From Lama glama (taxonomy: Eukaryota), in NCBI GenBank assembly GCA_028534125.1, contig CM052817.1, positions 47,928,001 to 47,992,000 on the forward strand: a stretch of DNA of 64,000 bases. The letters run 5' to 3'. The notes under the pieces are model-generated. The model ran no database searches. It was not told the DNA's origin and was given only the letters and a program-made list of their open reading frames with translations. The position numbers were made by a program, and so were the translations under genes. Shown piece after piece: positions 13,257-27,300 of this stretch (position 1 is its first letter; each line of letters begins with the position of its first letter).

Positions 13257-16200
13257 TAAAGTGTGTTATAGTTTAAATATTTACCTAAATATTACAGATA
13301 TTAAGCATAAGGATATTTTGTGAAAATTTTGTTTTTATGAATATGTAGCATATAATAGGTCATACAGATATCTTATTCTGGGCTTCAATCAAAATACTCT
13401 GAAAACACTTATCAAGAGGGACATATTGACTTCAAATCTTTCAAAAATTCTCTGAAAATATCAGTCTTCTCTCATCTGAGAATTAAAAGTAAACAGCTAT
13501 ATGCAGCATATATTACATTCTAAACATATACTAGTGAAGAAAAACATCAAATATCCTTTGTCTACCACAATGTCTATTCATATTTTTAAAAATATGTATT
13601 CTTAAAAGGGTTGAGATGTCCTTGTGAATTAAGCACTCTGGTAAACCATGTACAAATTCATTACTACCAGCAGAAGGCTTCTGGCCACATCCTGCTGAGA
13701 TGTTTGGAATAAAATAGCAATAAATTTTCCCTGGCCATTTTTCTGGTCTTGATTTATTATTTTATGTGAAACAGTAACTCATTTCAACTTTATTTATGAT
13801 ATTAAAAGATAATACTTAGAACATTTCAGTGCATTGACTTTTATAATTAATGAACCTAAATTTAATTTTCCATCCAATCCTATGTAGTCAACTCTTTGTA
13901 AATTGATTCTCCTCCCAAAATTATGATGCATATCCCATTATAGCAGGTTCTATTTCAGACAGAGCAGATGCTTCCCTCAGTTTCAGTATGTGCAATATGA
14001 ATGCACACACATTTTGTCAGAACGCGTATCTTTTAAAGATTCACAGAGCAGAAAGCGGCTTTAGTACCTCAGCATTTCAATAAACAGACATTAAGTCAGT
14101 TCAGAAGTAAAACAACTAAGACCATACTTCCCATTTGAACAAATCTTCACGGAGAGCAGCTTAGTCAATTATTGAACAAACTTTATTGTTGGGAAACTGT
14201 TCTTTAGAGCAACCGTTCTTTTAATGTAGAATTTGTAGAAAAGTTTCAGCATGTTTGTGAACTCTCTGAAATGCCATGAAGAATTCTGTATATATTAATG
14301 AGTAGATTTCTCTAGGGAATGGATTCATAGCTTTCAGCAGTTCTTGAAGGCATCCATGGCAAACAAAAACATCACAAAAACAAACTTTTACTGCTTTAAA
14401 GCCAATCCTTATCCTCTCATTCCATAATTTAAACTCTGGATCTTCTCCATCTGTCTTCAGATAAGATCGAACACAGTTTTTTCCTTGTATTCGTACAATT
14501 TATTCTTGAAAGCTTTCACTAGGTAACACTCTGACATTCTTTTCTTCAAAAAAGAGACATTAGAAGGAATAATAGTTGAGAGGAATGGTATTTAAAGGAA
14601 GTGAAACTACCAAAGTCAAAGTCTCTTTAGAGATGTTTTTTGTCCGCTCAGGAGCAGCAGAATAAAGTACAAAACTTGCTGATAAATAGTGTGTGACTTC
14701 CAGAGAGCTACGTGAAACCACAATGGAATGTCAAGCCAGGTAAGTCATTAGGAAAGCACCTTTGCTAAATCAACATTTCCTTCAAAGAGTGGAGGTTAAT
14801 ATTAACATGCTTTCCTAGAAAATGATCATCACTTTACCATAAATCACACAACAAACGCACAACAGAAGCCATTTTTGAAATATCTTTTAAAGTCTGCAAA
14901 TAAGGAAGTATAAAAACATAATGTAAAAGATACATGGTAAATTTCATGCAATGGTGATAACCTAATGGAGGAAGAGCGGATTTACTTGGGTAAATTCAGA
15001 GCATAATAACCTTACGTGGATTTTTATTGAGAAAATCCCAAATCTGTAAGAGGAGGTCAGTTTTCAGAATTAATGCAAAACCAAAGTACCCTTTGTTTAA
15101 TAGAAGTTTTATCAGATATTTTCCAGGAAGTGTCAGAATTTTTTTTCATTAAAGCTGAGTTTTGGTTTCACTATATATGGCAACAGTTAAGAGTGGTATT
15201 TTGGTTTGACTGTTCTGAAGTTACATAAATTAATCAATTATTTCATATTATATTCTAAACCCATTCACTGAGCAAATCATCATTTCATGCTTACACTGCC
15301 CTCAGTAAGTAGTGATACCTAGAAGTATGTGATGGTGAATAAAGAACGAAAAAGATTCCTTAACCTCTACATGGACAGAATAGGTGATAAGTAAGCACAT
15401 CATTTTGCCTTGGACAGGCATGGTTACTGATCAAGAAATCTTGATAACCACAGGTCATAAATGAAAATGTAAATTGTTTCAAACAACAACAACATTCTCT
15501 ATGCTTATTAAATTCCACATATTATACTAAGAAATTGAACAAGCTTACTGTGTCTATATTGCACAGAAACCCTTTGAAGTGAGTATTTATAATAGGATTC
15601 TGAATCACAAGGACAGAAACCCAAGTGACAGAACCCAGTAACAGGAACCAGTTAGAACTTGGAAACCACTGGTGCCAAACCCATTTCTTGACCATTTCTA
15701 GAAGAAATGCTCAAGTTCCCTACTCTGTCTATCATGTCTTCTCCTCTTTGCAAGCTCCCCACCTTCCTCCTCCTTGGTTTGTGGATGGATTTTCTCTGGT
15801 CCTTGTGTCTACGTGACAGAAAACAAGACCACTGACAACTCGAGTTTTACATCTTAAATTTTTAATGCCAAAGAAAAGCTATCCTGTCAGAGCTGCAATT
15901 CTAATATTCCTGGCAAAAGACCTCTATTGGTCAAGGTTTATTCAGATGCCCAACACCAGACCGGCAGTGTGCAGTAGGTCATGTCTGTTACATAAAGGTA
16001 ACAAGATCCTGAAATGTCAATCATTCAGATTTTACTTTCTATCACACACTTTCATTCTCCACCTCCCCTTCCAATTTCTCAAAGGAATCTAGAATCTTTA
16101 GTATTTTCTACAAGGAAAGTTAAAAAGAAAAATGCATGTACATTCATTTGTAGGTTTGGTTTGGTTGTTAGTGGTTGGTTTTGTTTTGTTTTCTACACTT

Positions 16201-18082
16201 AGTCTCTTAAGACTCAAAAGGAAGTCCCTGAAGGAAGTGGATCAAAGAGTTCATATAACAAAGATTAAAAAGCAAAAAAGAGGGAAGGAAATTACTCCAA
16301 TTCCCACACTTGGAAAAAAAGACAGTTGAGGGTTACCTGGGCTGAGAGAAAGAGGAAAGGGAATGGTGGGGTCAAGATGTCAGAAGAGGATAGAATCACC
16401 AGACCAGAAGGATCACAGGAGAGTTAGGAATGGGAGGGAAGCTTTAGCATGGATATATGTCCAATCATCATTTAGTGGTCAGCTTTAGGAAGCAGAGTAG
16501 AAGCCAAGATAATAGACTACACTCTTGCTTACAGGAAAGCCGTGTCAGAGACTGTCATCACTCTTGGGCAGAGAATGGCTGCCATCTCTACCAGCTGCCT
16601 GCACCTCCATCTGCACTCAAAAATTCTCAGAGTCTCTCCCACCTTTATCATCAATCCAGGAAACTCATTAGTACCCCAAAAGAGAACACAGGAAACTTCA
16701 CCCACCATATGACAGCAGTGGTGCGAATGGGAAAGCCCCAGTGTAGGTATTTGGCCGGGCTGAAGAGTGAAAAAAACTCACCCTTATTTCACCACCCTGA
16801 CAATTTCCAGGACAGTCATGTAAATGACAGGGTAGGAAGGGGAAAATTTGCAGGAAATGTGCTGGCTGGGGTTGCAGGGCAGATGAAAAATCAGGAATCT
16901 CCTAGAACATAAAAAGTCTCATTCGACACATGAGGCAACTGATTCTTACAAATTTAAGTCCTTAACCAAGATGACAGGAAGCCACAATGCAGACCCAGCC
17001 AATGCTCTGACTCACAATGCAGCAGCACCTCAACACTCAGATCCTTGGGGCAGCTTCTGTAATAAGTAAAAATGAGCAAGAGGTATTTGTGAAAATTTTT
17101 GGAATCACAATTTCAACTCCTGGCACCATAGGAAGCAGATAGCTATCTGAGCAGCCTTGGTGACAGATGGTTCTCAGATATTGTGTATAGGATTGGGAGG
17201 AGAGATTTGTTTTTTGAAGAAAAATGTAGTTATCACTATCCATTATTTCTTTAGATCCATACATCTTCAGATGGGGCCTGAGTGTTTTGTCCTGGTTTGG
17301 GGGTTTTTTTTTGTTTGTTGGTTGGTCGGTTGGTGGAGTTTTGTATATGTGTGTTTCTATTTTGATGAAAAATTAATATATGTATAGAATGGATCATTTG
17401 GCCCATTAAAATGCCAATTTTCGGGGACAATAGGGACTCAAAAGCCATAGAACACATGCAACTTTAATCCATATGCATTTTTTTCTTTTTTTTTATACGC
17501 ATTTCTAAAACTTTTAAAAATCTTATCAAATGTATGGTAATTGGAGAAAAATCTTCAGATGTGAACTATTATGCCTCCAAATCATCATCTGAATAGTTTT
17601 GTAGTATCCTATTGTTTGAACACGCCAGATAGGTACTAAATGGCAAGTCAGAGAAATTGAATTCAAGTTAACTTAAAAGCAAGTAATGGAAATTTTGGCT
17701 CACATATCTGGTAAAAATACTGAAAATATGACGATGCCAGTCTCTCTCTCTCTCCCCCCTCTCTCGCCTCTCCCAGTCTCTGCTGGCCCTCATTCTGTCC
17801 TTTGACATACGCATGGAGAATAAGGCTCTATAAGGTCCAAGTTTACGATATCTCAGCTCGTCATTCAAAAGTAAAGACAGAATGTCTCTCCAGCATTCAA
17901 ATATCAAATTCCTTATAAAGACCTTGATTAACCCAAACTAGATCACAGTTCCCCCTTGGACCAATACTTCAGGCAAAGGGATGGGGCACAAGGATTGGCT
18001 GTGTCTCACTCACGCGTCCACCTTTTGTTCGGAGAGTTACTAGTATCAGCCCCATCGAGTTGATGTCAGATAAGGGTAAGAG

Positions 18083-18273
18083 CAGTGGTGGGCTGGAGCC
18101 ATCTCCACCCAGCTTTCTGGAGTTGACTGTATGTATCTTCTCCCAACTCCTGATCGATAGCTTGAAATCAGCCACGGTGGGAATAATTACACAACAGAAA
18201 TCAGCATACACTGCAAACCAAGACTTTATTTTCCTGAAGGTGGGTTGTTAAATCTTTACCAGAAACTCCCAGG
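18083..18273 (+). mobile_element. MER63A-like hAT DNA transposon
   Basis: cagtggtgggctggagcc ... tagcttgaaatcagccacggtgggaataattacac ... gttgttaaatctttaccag. Confidence 0.75.
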
Positions 18274-20688
18274 TGGGAGCATTTCCCCTGAGAGCTGTGG
18301 TTAGGGAGACAGAATGCCAGGTAGAGACATCAGCAGGCTCGTGCCAGATCCCACTTGTTCTCTGAGTGCAGCTCTTAAGTCATATTTGTAAAACCAGCAG
18401 ATTTATTAGCACTTACAGTGATTTTTCATGAACAGAATGCTGAGATTAAAGGAAGAGGTCTTTTAAAACTCCCACCCATTTTCAGACTTTTCAAAGCAGA
18501 GTTTCGGAATTGTTTTTTAATGGCATCCACTCACCTCACCAGTGTTCAAACAGAGGAAAATAAGATGAGCATGTTTCAAGAAAAGGAAAAAAGCACCATC
18601 TACATTCAGATGACTCTGTAAAGACATTACCTACATGCCATTGTATTTCACTTGGAGTAAATTCCACATCAGCCTTTCCTCAGGTCGTTTATGGAAACAT
18701 AACTTTGTTGTGGAGTCTGTCTTTGCCAAGGACAGTATCGCGCCCTGATGCATGCCACCCACAGTAAATAAAGATGTATTTTGATAAATACCTTCAAAAC
18801 TTTTTCAATAACCCACATGCTATACAATAGTGTTCAAATAATATTTGTAAAATAAATGCTATATACATACCAATCTCTGGTTTCATCTTAATGCAAGAGT
18901 GAAAGTTTCCAAGGGCCAACTTCTATAACTCTCCTTCTCTCTCAATGCTGATTTTTTTAAGATTTGTTGGTAGTTGCTTATAAAACAGCTATGATTATAA
19001 GCCAGGCTGCCTGAGTGCATTTTTCCTAGTCAGATAATGCTTAGTCTCTCCTTTTTTTGCTTCAAAGAAATTTTTTTTCCAGAGAGGAACTTCACTTTGT
19101 CAAATTTAGGTGTAACTATATTTATTGAGCAACTATTAATAATTGCTATAGAATAATTTGTCTTGTTAACACAGCTAACATTTATTGAACATTTACTAAC
19201 TTGCCAGATACTGTGCTGAACCCTACTTTTATCTTTTTTAATCCATACAACAGCCCTGTGAGACAGGAAATCTTATCCCCACTTAACCTACAAGGACATG
19301 GAGATGGAAAGAAGAGAAAGAGCTCTCTGCAGTCACACAACAATTGAATGACATTGCCAGCAATCAAACCCCTATGTGACACCAAAATTAATGCACTCAA
19401 CTGTTTGAAAAATGTCATGCCCTGAGGTGCTCACATACTATTTCCCATTGGTTCCAACACACAGTCTCTGTGATGTGGATTTTGTTATTCTCCTTTGCGA
19501 ACGATCATACCAAGATTCAAAGAATTTAAGAAACGTGTCCAAATTTCTAAAACCACTGGCTGAGGTGGATCTCAAGTCCAAGCCTAACTCCTTGTCCAGG
19601 ACTTTTTCTACTACCATGCACCTCTCAGCAGAGTCAAATTGTTTGAACATGTTCTAAGTCTAGTTGTTTTAAAATTTCAAGGGAATAGCTTTAAATGATG
19701 AATATACTGGTGTTTGGCTATATTAAAAACATAGCATTTATTCCATGTCCTAATTCTATACAATTGGGATTAACAATAGAGAGTAAGTACTAGAGTAAGT
19801 CACTGACTCCCAGCAATTTTGTGGGAAGGAGATATCAAGGACAGGGAGCGGGAATCTCTGCTCGCAAGTAGAAATACACAGAACTGAACTACTGAATCCA
19901 GGAGGCACTGTGCCAGCCCAAGAGAACTTGCAGGAAACAGAGAGATAAAACAAGGAGAGAAAACAGGCAGAATCATTTGTAACTTTTAAGCACAACAGTT
20001 AGAGTAGCCAAAAACAGAGTTAAGAGTCCATCAAAACTACACTTCACAAGTTCAACTTGCAGTCATCCCAGCCTTGTATCAACCTCTTACTGCAATGGCT
20101 TCTTAATGAGAAAAACACATGCAAATGAGGTCAACAGTTGCTAGGGGGCAGTCATAGACAGCTATTGCCTCAATTTTGAAGAATCTTGGTTGGGGGCTAA
20201 AGGGGAGGCTTTGCAATGCAGAATAGGATTGATTACCATGAAGTGAAAGAATATGACAAACAGAAGAGTTACTGACAGCCTGTGGACTAAAGGGAAGGAA
20301 ACGGACCCTCTGAGTCCTGCCAGCCTGTGGCTTCTCAAGCTGACTTCAGTGGGAGTACATCTGAACAATAAATCATGTAGATATCCTCATTGTGTTGCCA
20401 CATGACCATTGCTGCTTGGAAGGAAACCCTAGAAATCAGGAACAATGGGCAGGGATGAGTAATTGGGAAAGTATACCATATTTCTTTTAGAAGAATCAAC
20501 AAAGATATCAGTTCTCAAGTTGCTGGGAAAAGCAAACACAGCACTCTCTTTTAAGGTACAAATACATGAAGCCAAGAACTTGGCCACTTTTAACCACCTC
20601 AAAATCTTGAAATTACAGAGGGAAACTTTAAGAGAATTCACTAGTAAAACAAAGGTAACTGTAGATTGGGAGGAATTTTAACTATCAG

Positions 20689-20788
20689 AAAATTCTATTT
20701 CTCAGTAGAAATTCTAACAAGTCAAAGAAAAAGTATGGTAGTTGGAGAGGGGGTGGGTAAGGGGTGTTGTGGGAGAAGGTGTTTGGGA
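20689..20788 (+). repeat. 100-bp dispersed direct repeat, copy 1
   Basis: Aligns ungapped to 22233-22332 with 3 substitutions. Confidence 0.95.
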
Positions 20789-20931
20789 AGATGGGCAAAG
20801 AGGAAGCTTCTAATAATGGTAACAAGCTTGGAAATTTTCAAGATCTGTATTTAGATGCCCATGTACACTAGTAGATTTGTGGACTAAGAAGTCTGGAACT
20901 TGTGTTTGCTCTTTGGAATAATCAAAGATGG

Positions 20932-21493
20932 TGAGACAGGAGGGAAGGGGGAGGGGCACAACCATTAAAAGAACAACACAGCCACTGAGATTAGGAGAAA
21001 TATTGGTTAGAACCAACTAGGCCGAAGATGGCAGAAGATTCCAGTAGACCTTGGGTCTCATTACATGATCATTGTAATACATTAGCATGCTAAATGACAC
21101 CCCTCCCCAGGTTCCATGACTGGTCCAAGGCTGACCATAAAAGGCCAAAAAGTGGTCTGTGGCTCATTTCCTGGAAATCCCCAACCCTTTCCCAAAATAG
21201 TTGGAATAATCCTCCTGCTTGTTAGCATATGAAATTACCCAGCCCATAAAAGCTAACCACCCCTACACCTAGAGCTGCTCTCCCTTCTGAGGAGAATTGC
21301 ATTCTGTCTGTGGAATGTGTATCTCTCTAAATAAACTTGCTTTCAATTTAGTATGGCTCGCTCTTGAATTCTTTCCTGCACAAAGTCAGGGATCCTCACT
21401 TGGCAGCCCGTAGTCCCATGGACTAGTCTGAGACCTAGGACATGACCATCCTCTCTCAACACCCCCCTCCTCGCCCTTCATTCTCCTGCAAAA
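20932..21493 (+). mobile_element. ERV1 solo LTR, MER41-like
   Basis: Begins TGAGACAGG and has internal AATAAA and ctcttgaattctttcctg. Carries MER41-like blocks (cattagcatgctaaa, ccatgac, aattaccc). 4-bp TSD ATGG at 20928-20931 and 21494-21497. Confidence 0.8.
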
Positions 21494-22232
21494 ATGGCAA
21501 CTTCCTAGAATCCTCCAGGCCAAATGAGGTGGTATCACTTAGAGCTCAGGTAGTATCTCTCACTACACTGTGGGCTCAATCTCTTTACCCACACTAGACT
21601 TTGAGCCCTTCACTGACAGAGAGGTCTCCTAACAAAGCAAGTGCTAAACAAGTATTTATTAGACTGAACAAGGGAAAAGTATTCAAGTCTATTTGCATTG
21701 CCCTAATTTTGAAATTGTCCAACTAGAGAGAGAAATGGCAAGTGTCTAGCGCCTATGCAGACATTTCTTTCTCTTCTAGACCCAAATTAATTTAAAATCT
21801 GATCATCCTATTTTTTAAATTATTTTTTTCTAGGAGAAACCATTGCCTCTTTGAGCTACCCAGTTTGTTGCTGCCTCATGGATCTTGCTCTTAACTGTAG
21901 ATCGGCAGCCAGAGTCCTACGGTGTGGGCATCTCTCCACACAAAATGTGTGGGAGCAACATGGCCCAGGTTGCCCTCCAGCTGTATCATAAAGTCCCACT
22001 GAAGTGGGACTGCCTCCCTCTCACCTCATCTCTCAATGGCCCTGACCAGGAAAACCTGTTGCACATTTGCTTGGAACCATGCCACTCCCATGAGTCTTTG
22101 GGGATCATAGTTTAAATCTATCCTTCCATTTCCTAATATCCCTGTTGGGGGTTCTGAGAGACTAGTCTAAGGGTTGATGTAGCCACCTCTGTGACAGGGA
22201 GGGAGCAATGGATTCCAGCAAACAAGAAGAAT

Positions 22233-22332
22233 AAAATTCCATTTCTCAGTAGAAATTCTAACAAGTCAAAGAAAAAGTATGGTAGTTGGAGAAGGGGTGG
22301 GTAAGGGGTGTTGTGGGAAAAGGTGTTTGGGA
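22233..22332 (+). repeat. 100-bp dispersed direct repeat, copy 2
   Basis: Aligns ungapped to 20689-20788 with 3 substitutions. Confidence 0.95.
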
Positions 22333-22619
22333 GTAGGTTAAAACACGTGTACCCAAGCCTGAGGTCTATACCACTGCTGGAATAGGATTTTAAGGGAAAT
22401 ATAGGAGCAATCTAATTGAAAGCTAAAAGATAAAATGAACTGGATAATAGGTTAATGAACTTATAATGTGTTCTGTGTGGGAAGACAGCAGCAACCATTT
22501 CATTTGGCTCTCTGCTTCTGAGCCCCAGCAGGGAAGCCGTCTCTGGCTCCACCATCCAAAACCAGACATGTCCTCTTGTCAATCTCAGTGTCCTAACCCT
22601 GCTCTCTGCTGAGAGCCCA

Positions 22620-22870
22620 CGTGATCTAGAGACTAAGGGCCAGACTCCAGCTCCAAATTTTTTGGATTGAATTCCAGCTCCCTTTCCTCCATTACATTAT
22701 TAATTGTGTCATATCAGTCAGTTGATTTAATGTTTCATAATTCTCATCTTTAAAAGCAGAGATAATAATATTTCATAGTGCTGTTGTAAGGATTACATGA
22801 GTTAGTATGTGAAAAGTACTCAGAGTGCCTAGTACATAGTAAATACTATGTAAGTTTATGCTGTTATTCT
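22620..22870 (-). mobile_element. MIR SINE
   Basis: ttctcatctttaaaag...gttgtaaggattacatgagttagtatgtgaaaagtactcagagtgcctagtacatagtaa. Confidence 0.7.
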
Positions 22871-22899
22871 TCGCCATGCTTATAAGTGCCTGATTTTTA

Positions 22900-24370
22900 T
22901 ATTTGTCTGTTTTGGTAAGAGCACTTAATACATGATCTACCCTCAACATATTTTTTCCTTCCAGTTTTATTGAGATAGTATTCACATACAGCACTGCATA
23001 AGTTTAAGATGTACAGCATCATGATTTGACTTACATGCATCATGAAATATAACCACTGTAAGTTTAGCAAATATTCAAATCTTATATACATACAAAATTA
23101 AAGAAATAGAAAAAATTTATTCTATGTGATGAGAACTCTGGATTTATTCTCTTAACTTTCAGATATAACATGTAGCAGTATTAATTATATTTTCATATTG
23201 TACATTATATCCCTAGTACTTATTTATCTTATAACTGAAATTTGTACCTTTGGACTGGCTTCATCCATTTCCCCCTCCCCCCATCTCCAGTAACCGTAAA
23301 TCTGATCTCTTCTATAAACTTATTTTTAAAGTATAATTGACCTGTAATAATATATTATTTCCTGTTACACACCATAGTGATTTGTTACTTCTATATATCT
23401 CAAATTGATCACTGCCATGATTCATTTATCTCCCAACTGGGAGTTTGTACCTCAATCTCCCAAACCTATTTCTTTACTCCCCCTGCCCTCTCCCCTCTGG
23501 CAACCACCTGTTTGCTCTCTGTATCTATGACTGTTTCTGTTTTATGTTTGCTAATTTGTTTTTTTAGATTCCACATACAAGTGATATCATACAGTATTTG
23601 TCTTTCTCTGAATTTTCACTTAGCATAATACCCTCTAGGTCCATCCATGTTATTGCAAATGGCAAAATTTCTTTTTAATAGCTGAGTAATATTCCTTTGT
23701 GTGTGTGTATGCGTGTGTGTGTGTGTATACACTACATCTTCTTTATCCATTCATCTATTGATGGGCACTTAGGTTGCTTCCATATCTTGACTACTGTGAA
23801 TAATTCTGCAATGTACATAGGTGCATATATCTTTTCAAATTAGTGTTTTTCTTTTCTTCAGGTAAATACCTAGGAGTGGAATTGCTGGATCATATGGTAG
23901 CTCTATTTTTAATTTTTTGAGGAATCTCCATACTGTTTTCCATAGTGGCTGCATCAATTTACTTTCCCACCCACAGGGCATGAGGGTTCCCTTTTCTCCG
24001 TATCTTTTTGATAATAGCTATTCTGACTGGTGTGAGGTGATAGTTCATTGTGGTTTTGCTTTGCATTTCTCTGGTGGTGAGTGATGTTGAGCATCTTTTC
24101 ATGTGCCTGTTGGCCATCTGTGTGTCTTTTTTGGGACAATGTCTATTCAGATTCTCTGCTCATTTTTCAGTTGGGTTCTTTGTGTTTTTGATGTTGAGTT
24201 TTTATGAGTTCTCTGTATATTCTGGATATTAACCCCTGATTAAGTATATGTTTGCAGATATATTCTCCCATTCAGTAGGTGGCCTTTTCATTTTGTTGAC
24301 AGTTTCCTTCACTGTGCAAAAGCGTTTTTAGTTTGTTGTAGTCCCATGTGTTTATTTTTGCATTTCCTTG
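22900..24370 (-). mobile_element. Composite L1 (L1MA-like) 3' ends plus ORF2 end
   Basis: ggtccatccatgttattgcaaatggc, ggaattgctggatcatatggtag, gatgttgagcatcttttcatgtgcc; more than one 3' end is nested. Confidence 0.85.
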
Positions 24371-27300
24371 AGGGTCTTACGAGTATTGCTTCTCTGCCTT
24401 CTGGTGTTGAATGTTGCTATGACAAAATCTAAGGTCAGCCTTATATTAGTCTTCTAAGTGATTTAATATGTTTTGTTTGTTTTCCTGCCAGGCTATTTCC
24501 ATTAGAGTCCAATTAGAACAACAGAAACTGCTTTAGATGTTTCAAGCAACACTTGCAAAAGTGTTGGCAGTACTGGAAGAGGAAAAGAAATTAGATGATG
24601 ATATCCAGAGATCAGGAACTGTAGGTAGCTGCAGTGACCTGCGGGAGCCCACAAAGCTGTCCTTGCCACGGATACCACTGGACCTACTGGTCTGCGCTGA
24701 CCTACAGCCCAGGACCCAGCACTCACTACGTTGCTACTGAAGCCCAGTGCTCCTGGCAGGGCTGCTGCTGCTTCTACCTGCTTCCTGCCTGCTAATCTCA
24801 CGAGGGGCAATCACTGGCAGACTCTGAAACTTCTGGCAAAGGAGCCTGGAAAATGCGGCATACTACCCTCCAGCACCCTGCAGTGCACAAGAGAATAGCC
24901 TCTGTGTAACAAACCATTTCTGGCATATTTCCCAAAGGAAAATGGGAAAAATCAAAAGGACTTTTCTTTCAAGTCTACCTCACTAGCTGTACATTCCAGT
25001 ATTGGTTATTTTGAGCCAATTTCCATGGTTCATAATGTACTTTTTCAATATATAGATTCAGGTTTTTTTTATTTCAAGAAAGCTTTCCTGCTTGCATGAG
25101 GCAACATTTGTTCTAGTCTATTATTTTGATTTTCTTTTTTCAGAGGTTTCAATTGGTTCCAACTGTAGATATCTTAGATTTCCATTTCTCTTGCATACCT
25201 ATAGTTCTCCATTCATCTGATATGTTCTTAATTTCATTTTATTTTATTTCACTTTGCATGTCTCTATTTATTGTTTTCTGCTGTGCCCACTCTGCCTTGT
25301 GTTCTTTACAAATGTATTTTAATTTCTACAACAGTTTTTCTTCTCTGGGTTTTTTTTCAGTTCACATTGTATCTTTTCATGTTTTCTCACCACTTTTCTG
25401 AGCTTTTGCATTTTTCCTTAGGTTTTCCACTAGAGTGAAAACATTTAATCAAAATTTTCGTCTGCAATTTAACTTTTTTTATGGTTAGTGTTCTTTTGTT
25501 AATAAGGATTTATTACTACTTTCTCTATTTTCTTTTATTAGAGTATCTTAGCATCTAAATTACACCAGTTCCTTTTTATTACTTGTCATGAATGCCTTGG
25601 ATTTTGCTAGACCAGCCGTTTTCAGTGGTCTCCTGGCCAAGGATAGATTGTATTGTTGTATAATAAAAAGTCTGTCCTATTTCTCAGCTACAGAGACAAA
25701 CTGATTCCAGCAAATATGGCTTGTCTGCGTGATTCCTTAGGAAACTTAGAATCTTCTGTGTCTTGGAACCAAATCAGCTCCAGGGCAATTCTAGCAGTGT
25801 AGGTCATACAATTCCCACCTTTGTGGTCACAAAAAAATGTAACTCCAGGGCAGCCTTCTCCAGAAGCTGCCACCCCTGGGCTTTCCATTGTTAATATTTC
25901 TCAGTTGTTTACCTACACTTTTCAAAGGGATGACTACTCGGTCTTGAAGACCTGCAGTCCTTTTATATAATCGAAGATCATATCTGTCTGTTTTCACCAA
26001 TATTTTCAGAGGTTTTGATCCTTATTATGTTTCAGTGATTTGTAGGAGGCTGTTAGGCTGCACCCCACAGGCCTGCAAGCCTTGTAGTTGTCCAGCCTCC
26101 AGACTGAGGAGCTCAGAAACAGCGACAGACACATCAGTGGTTTACTGGACAGGGGATCTGAAAAGTCTGAAGTGAGAGGTCCTGGAGCAGCACTCTGCTG
26201 TGGATGGCAGAAGGCAGGCAGGACACGGCAGCAATCTTCACTGCTCAGGGGAGAATTGACATCAGGTGGGCTCACCAATAAACAGGAGCCAATTAAGCCC
26301 TAACAGTCATGTAAGTGAAGCAGGGACTGGTTGAGCAGGAGATGTGCAGAAAGTAAGAGAAGAGCCATCTTGAGTGGCCTGATAACACACTCCACCCTGT
26401 ACACAAACGCTGCACGAGCGACTTTTACCCTCTTGATCCCCCCACTCCCATCCCGCCTTCTGTGATATCCCTATGGTCCAGGTAGGTGGAAATGCACTGC
26501 AACCAAATACCACGAATGCAACACAGACACCAGCTAAAGAGTCAAGGGTCGGGCAAGCTTTGGAGCCGGGCTTTATCAGGTCAATCTTTCATGGAAGTCC
26601 AGAGGAGGACGACCATGGCCTCTGGCTGTAGACCCAGCCATCAGACTTATTTCTCAACGAAGCCACCACTGTTGCCCAATCTGCAAAGATTCCCTCCGCT
26701 TAGACTAGAGATGAAATGTTAAGATGTTTACTAGGCACCATAAGGGAAGATCATGACCATTAAGCAAAATACAAGCAGTAATAGCGTTCTAAGATAACAC
26801 CACCCGGGCATGTGATTTTTGTCCAAGTCCGCAGTACCATTACCTGTCCACCCTCAGTCCCCGCAGCCGCTGCTGAATACTGGAGGGATGGTACCACAAC
26901 GGACCACAGAGTTAACATAATAGTGCCCTTCTCCAGTAGGGGACATTTTGTAATATCTCCCACATGTTTTAAGACACTGTAGACTGCATACAGCTGTTGC
27001 TCCATACACTGTCATTGCTCTGCGCCCTTCCATAGCTGGGACCAGAAGCCCAAGGGTACTCAGTACTTGGCTGTTGCCACGGGACCCAGCCAAACCCTTC
27101 CAGGTAACTGGGCACACCCAATTCACAAGCCTGTGCCTGTGATTGTTTAAGGGCAGTGGGCCCGGTGTATGCTCATCTTACGTGATCAGGTAACAGCCAA
27201 ATGTTTAACAGGTAACCCAGGCCCGTGCATTCTGTCCGTGTTCACCAGCCGTCTCCGAGCAGTCAGATGAGCCACGAGTACGGGTCTGCTACTTTAAACT

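Noticed and set aside
16457..16912. Longest ORF in the window (151 aa, +)
   Set aside because: No recognisable domain or exon context; the sequence looks like a decayed LTR.
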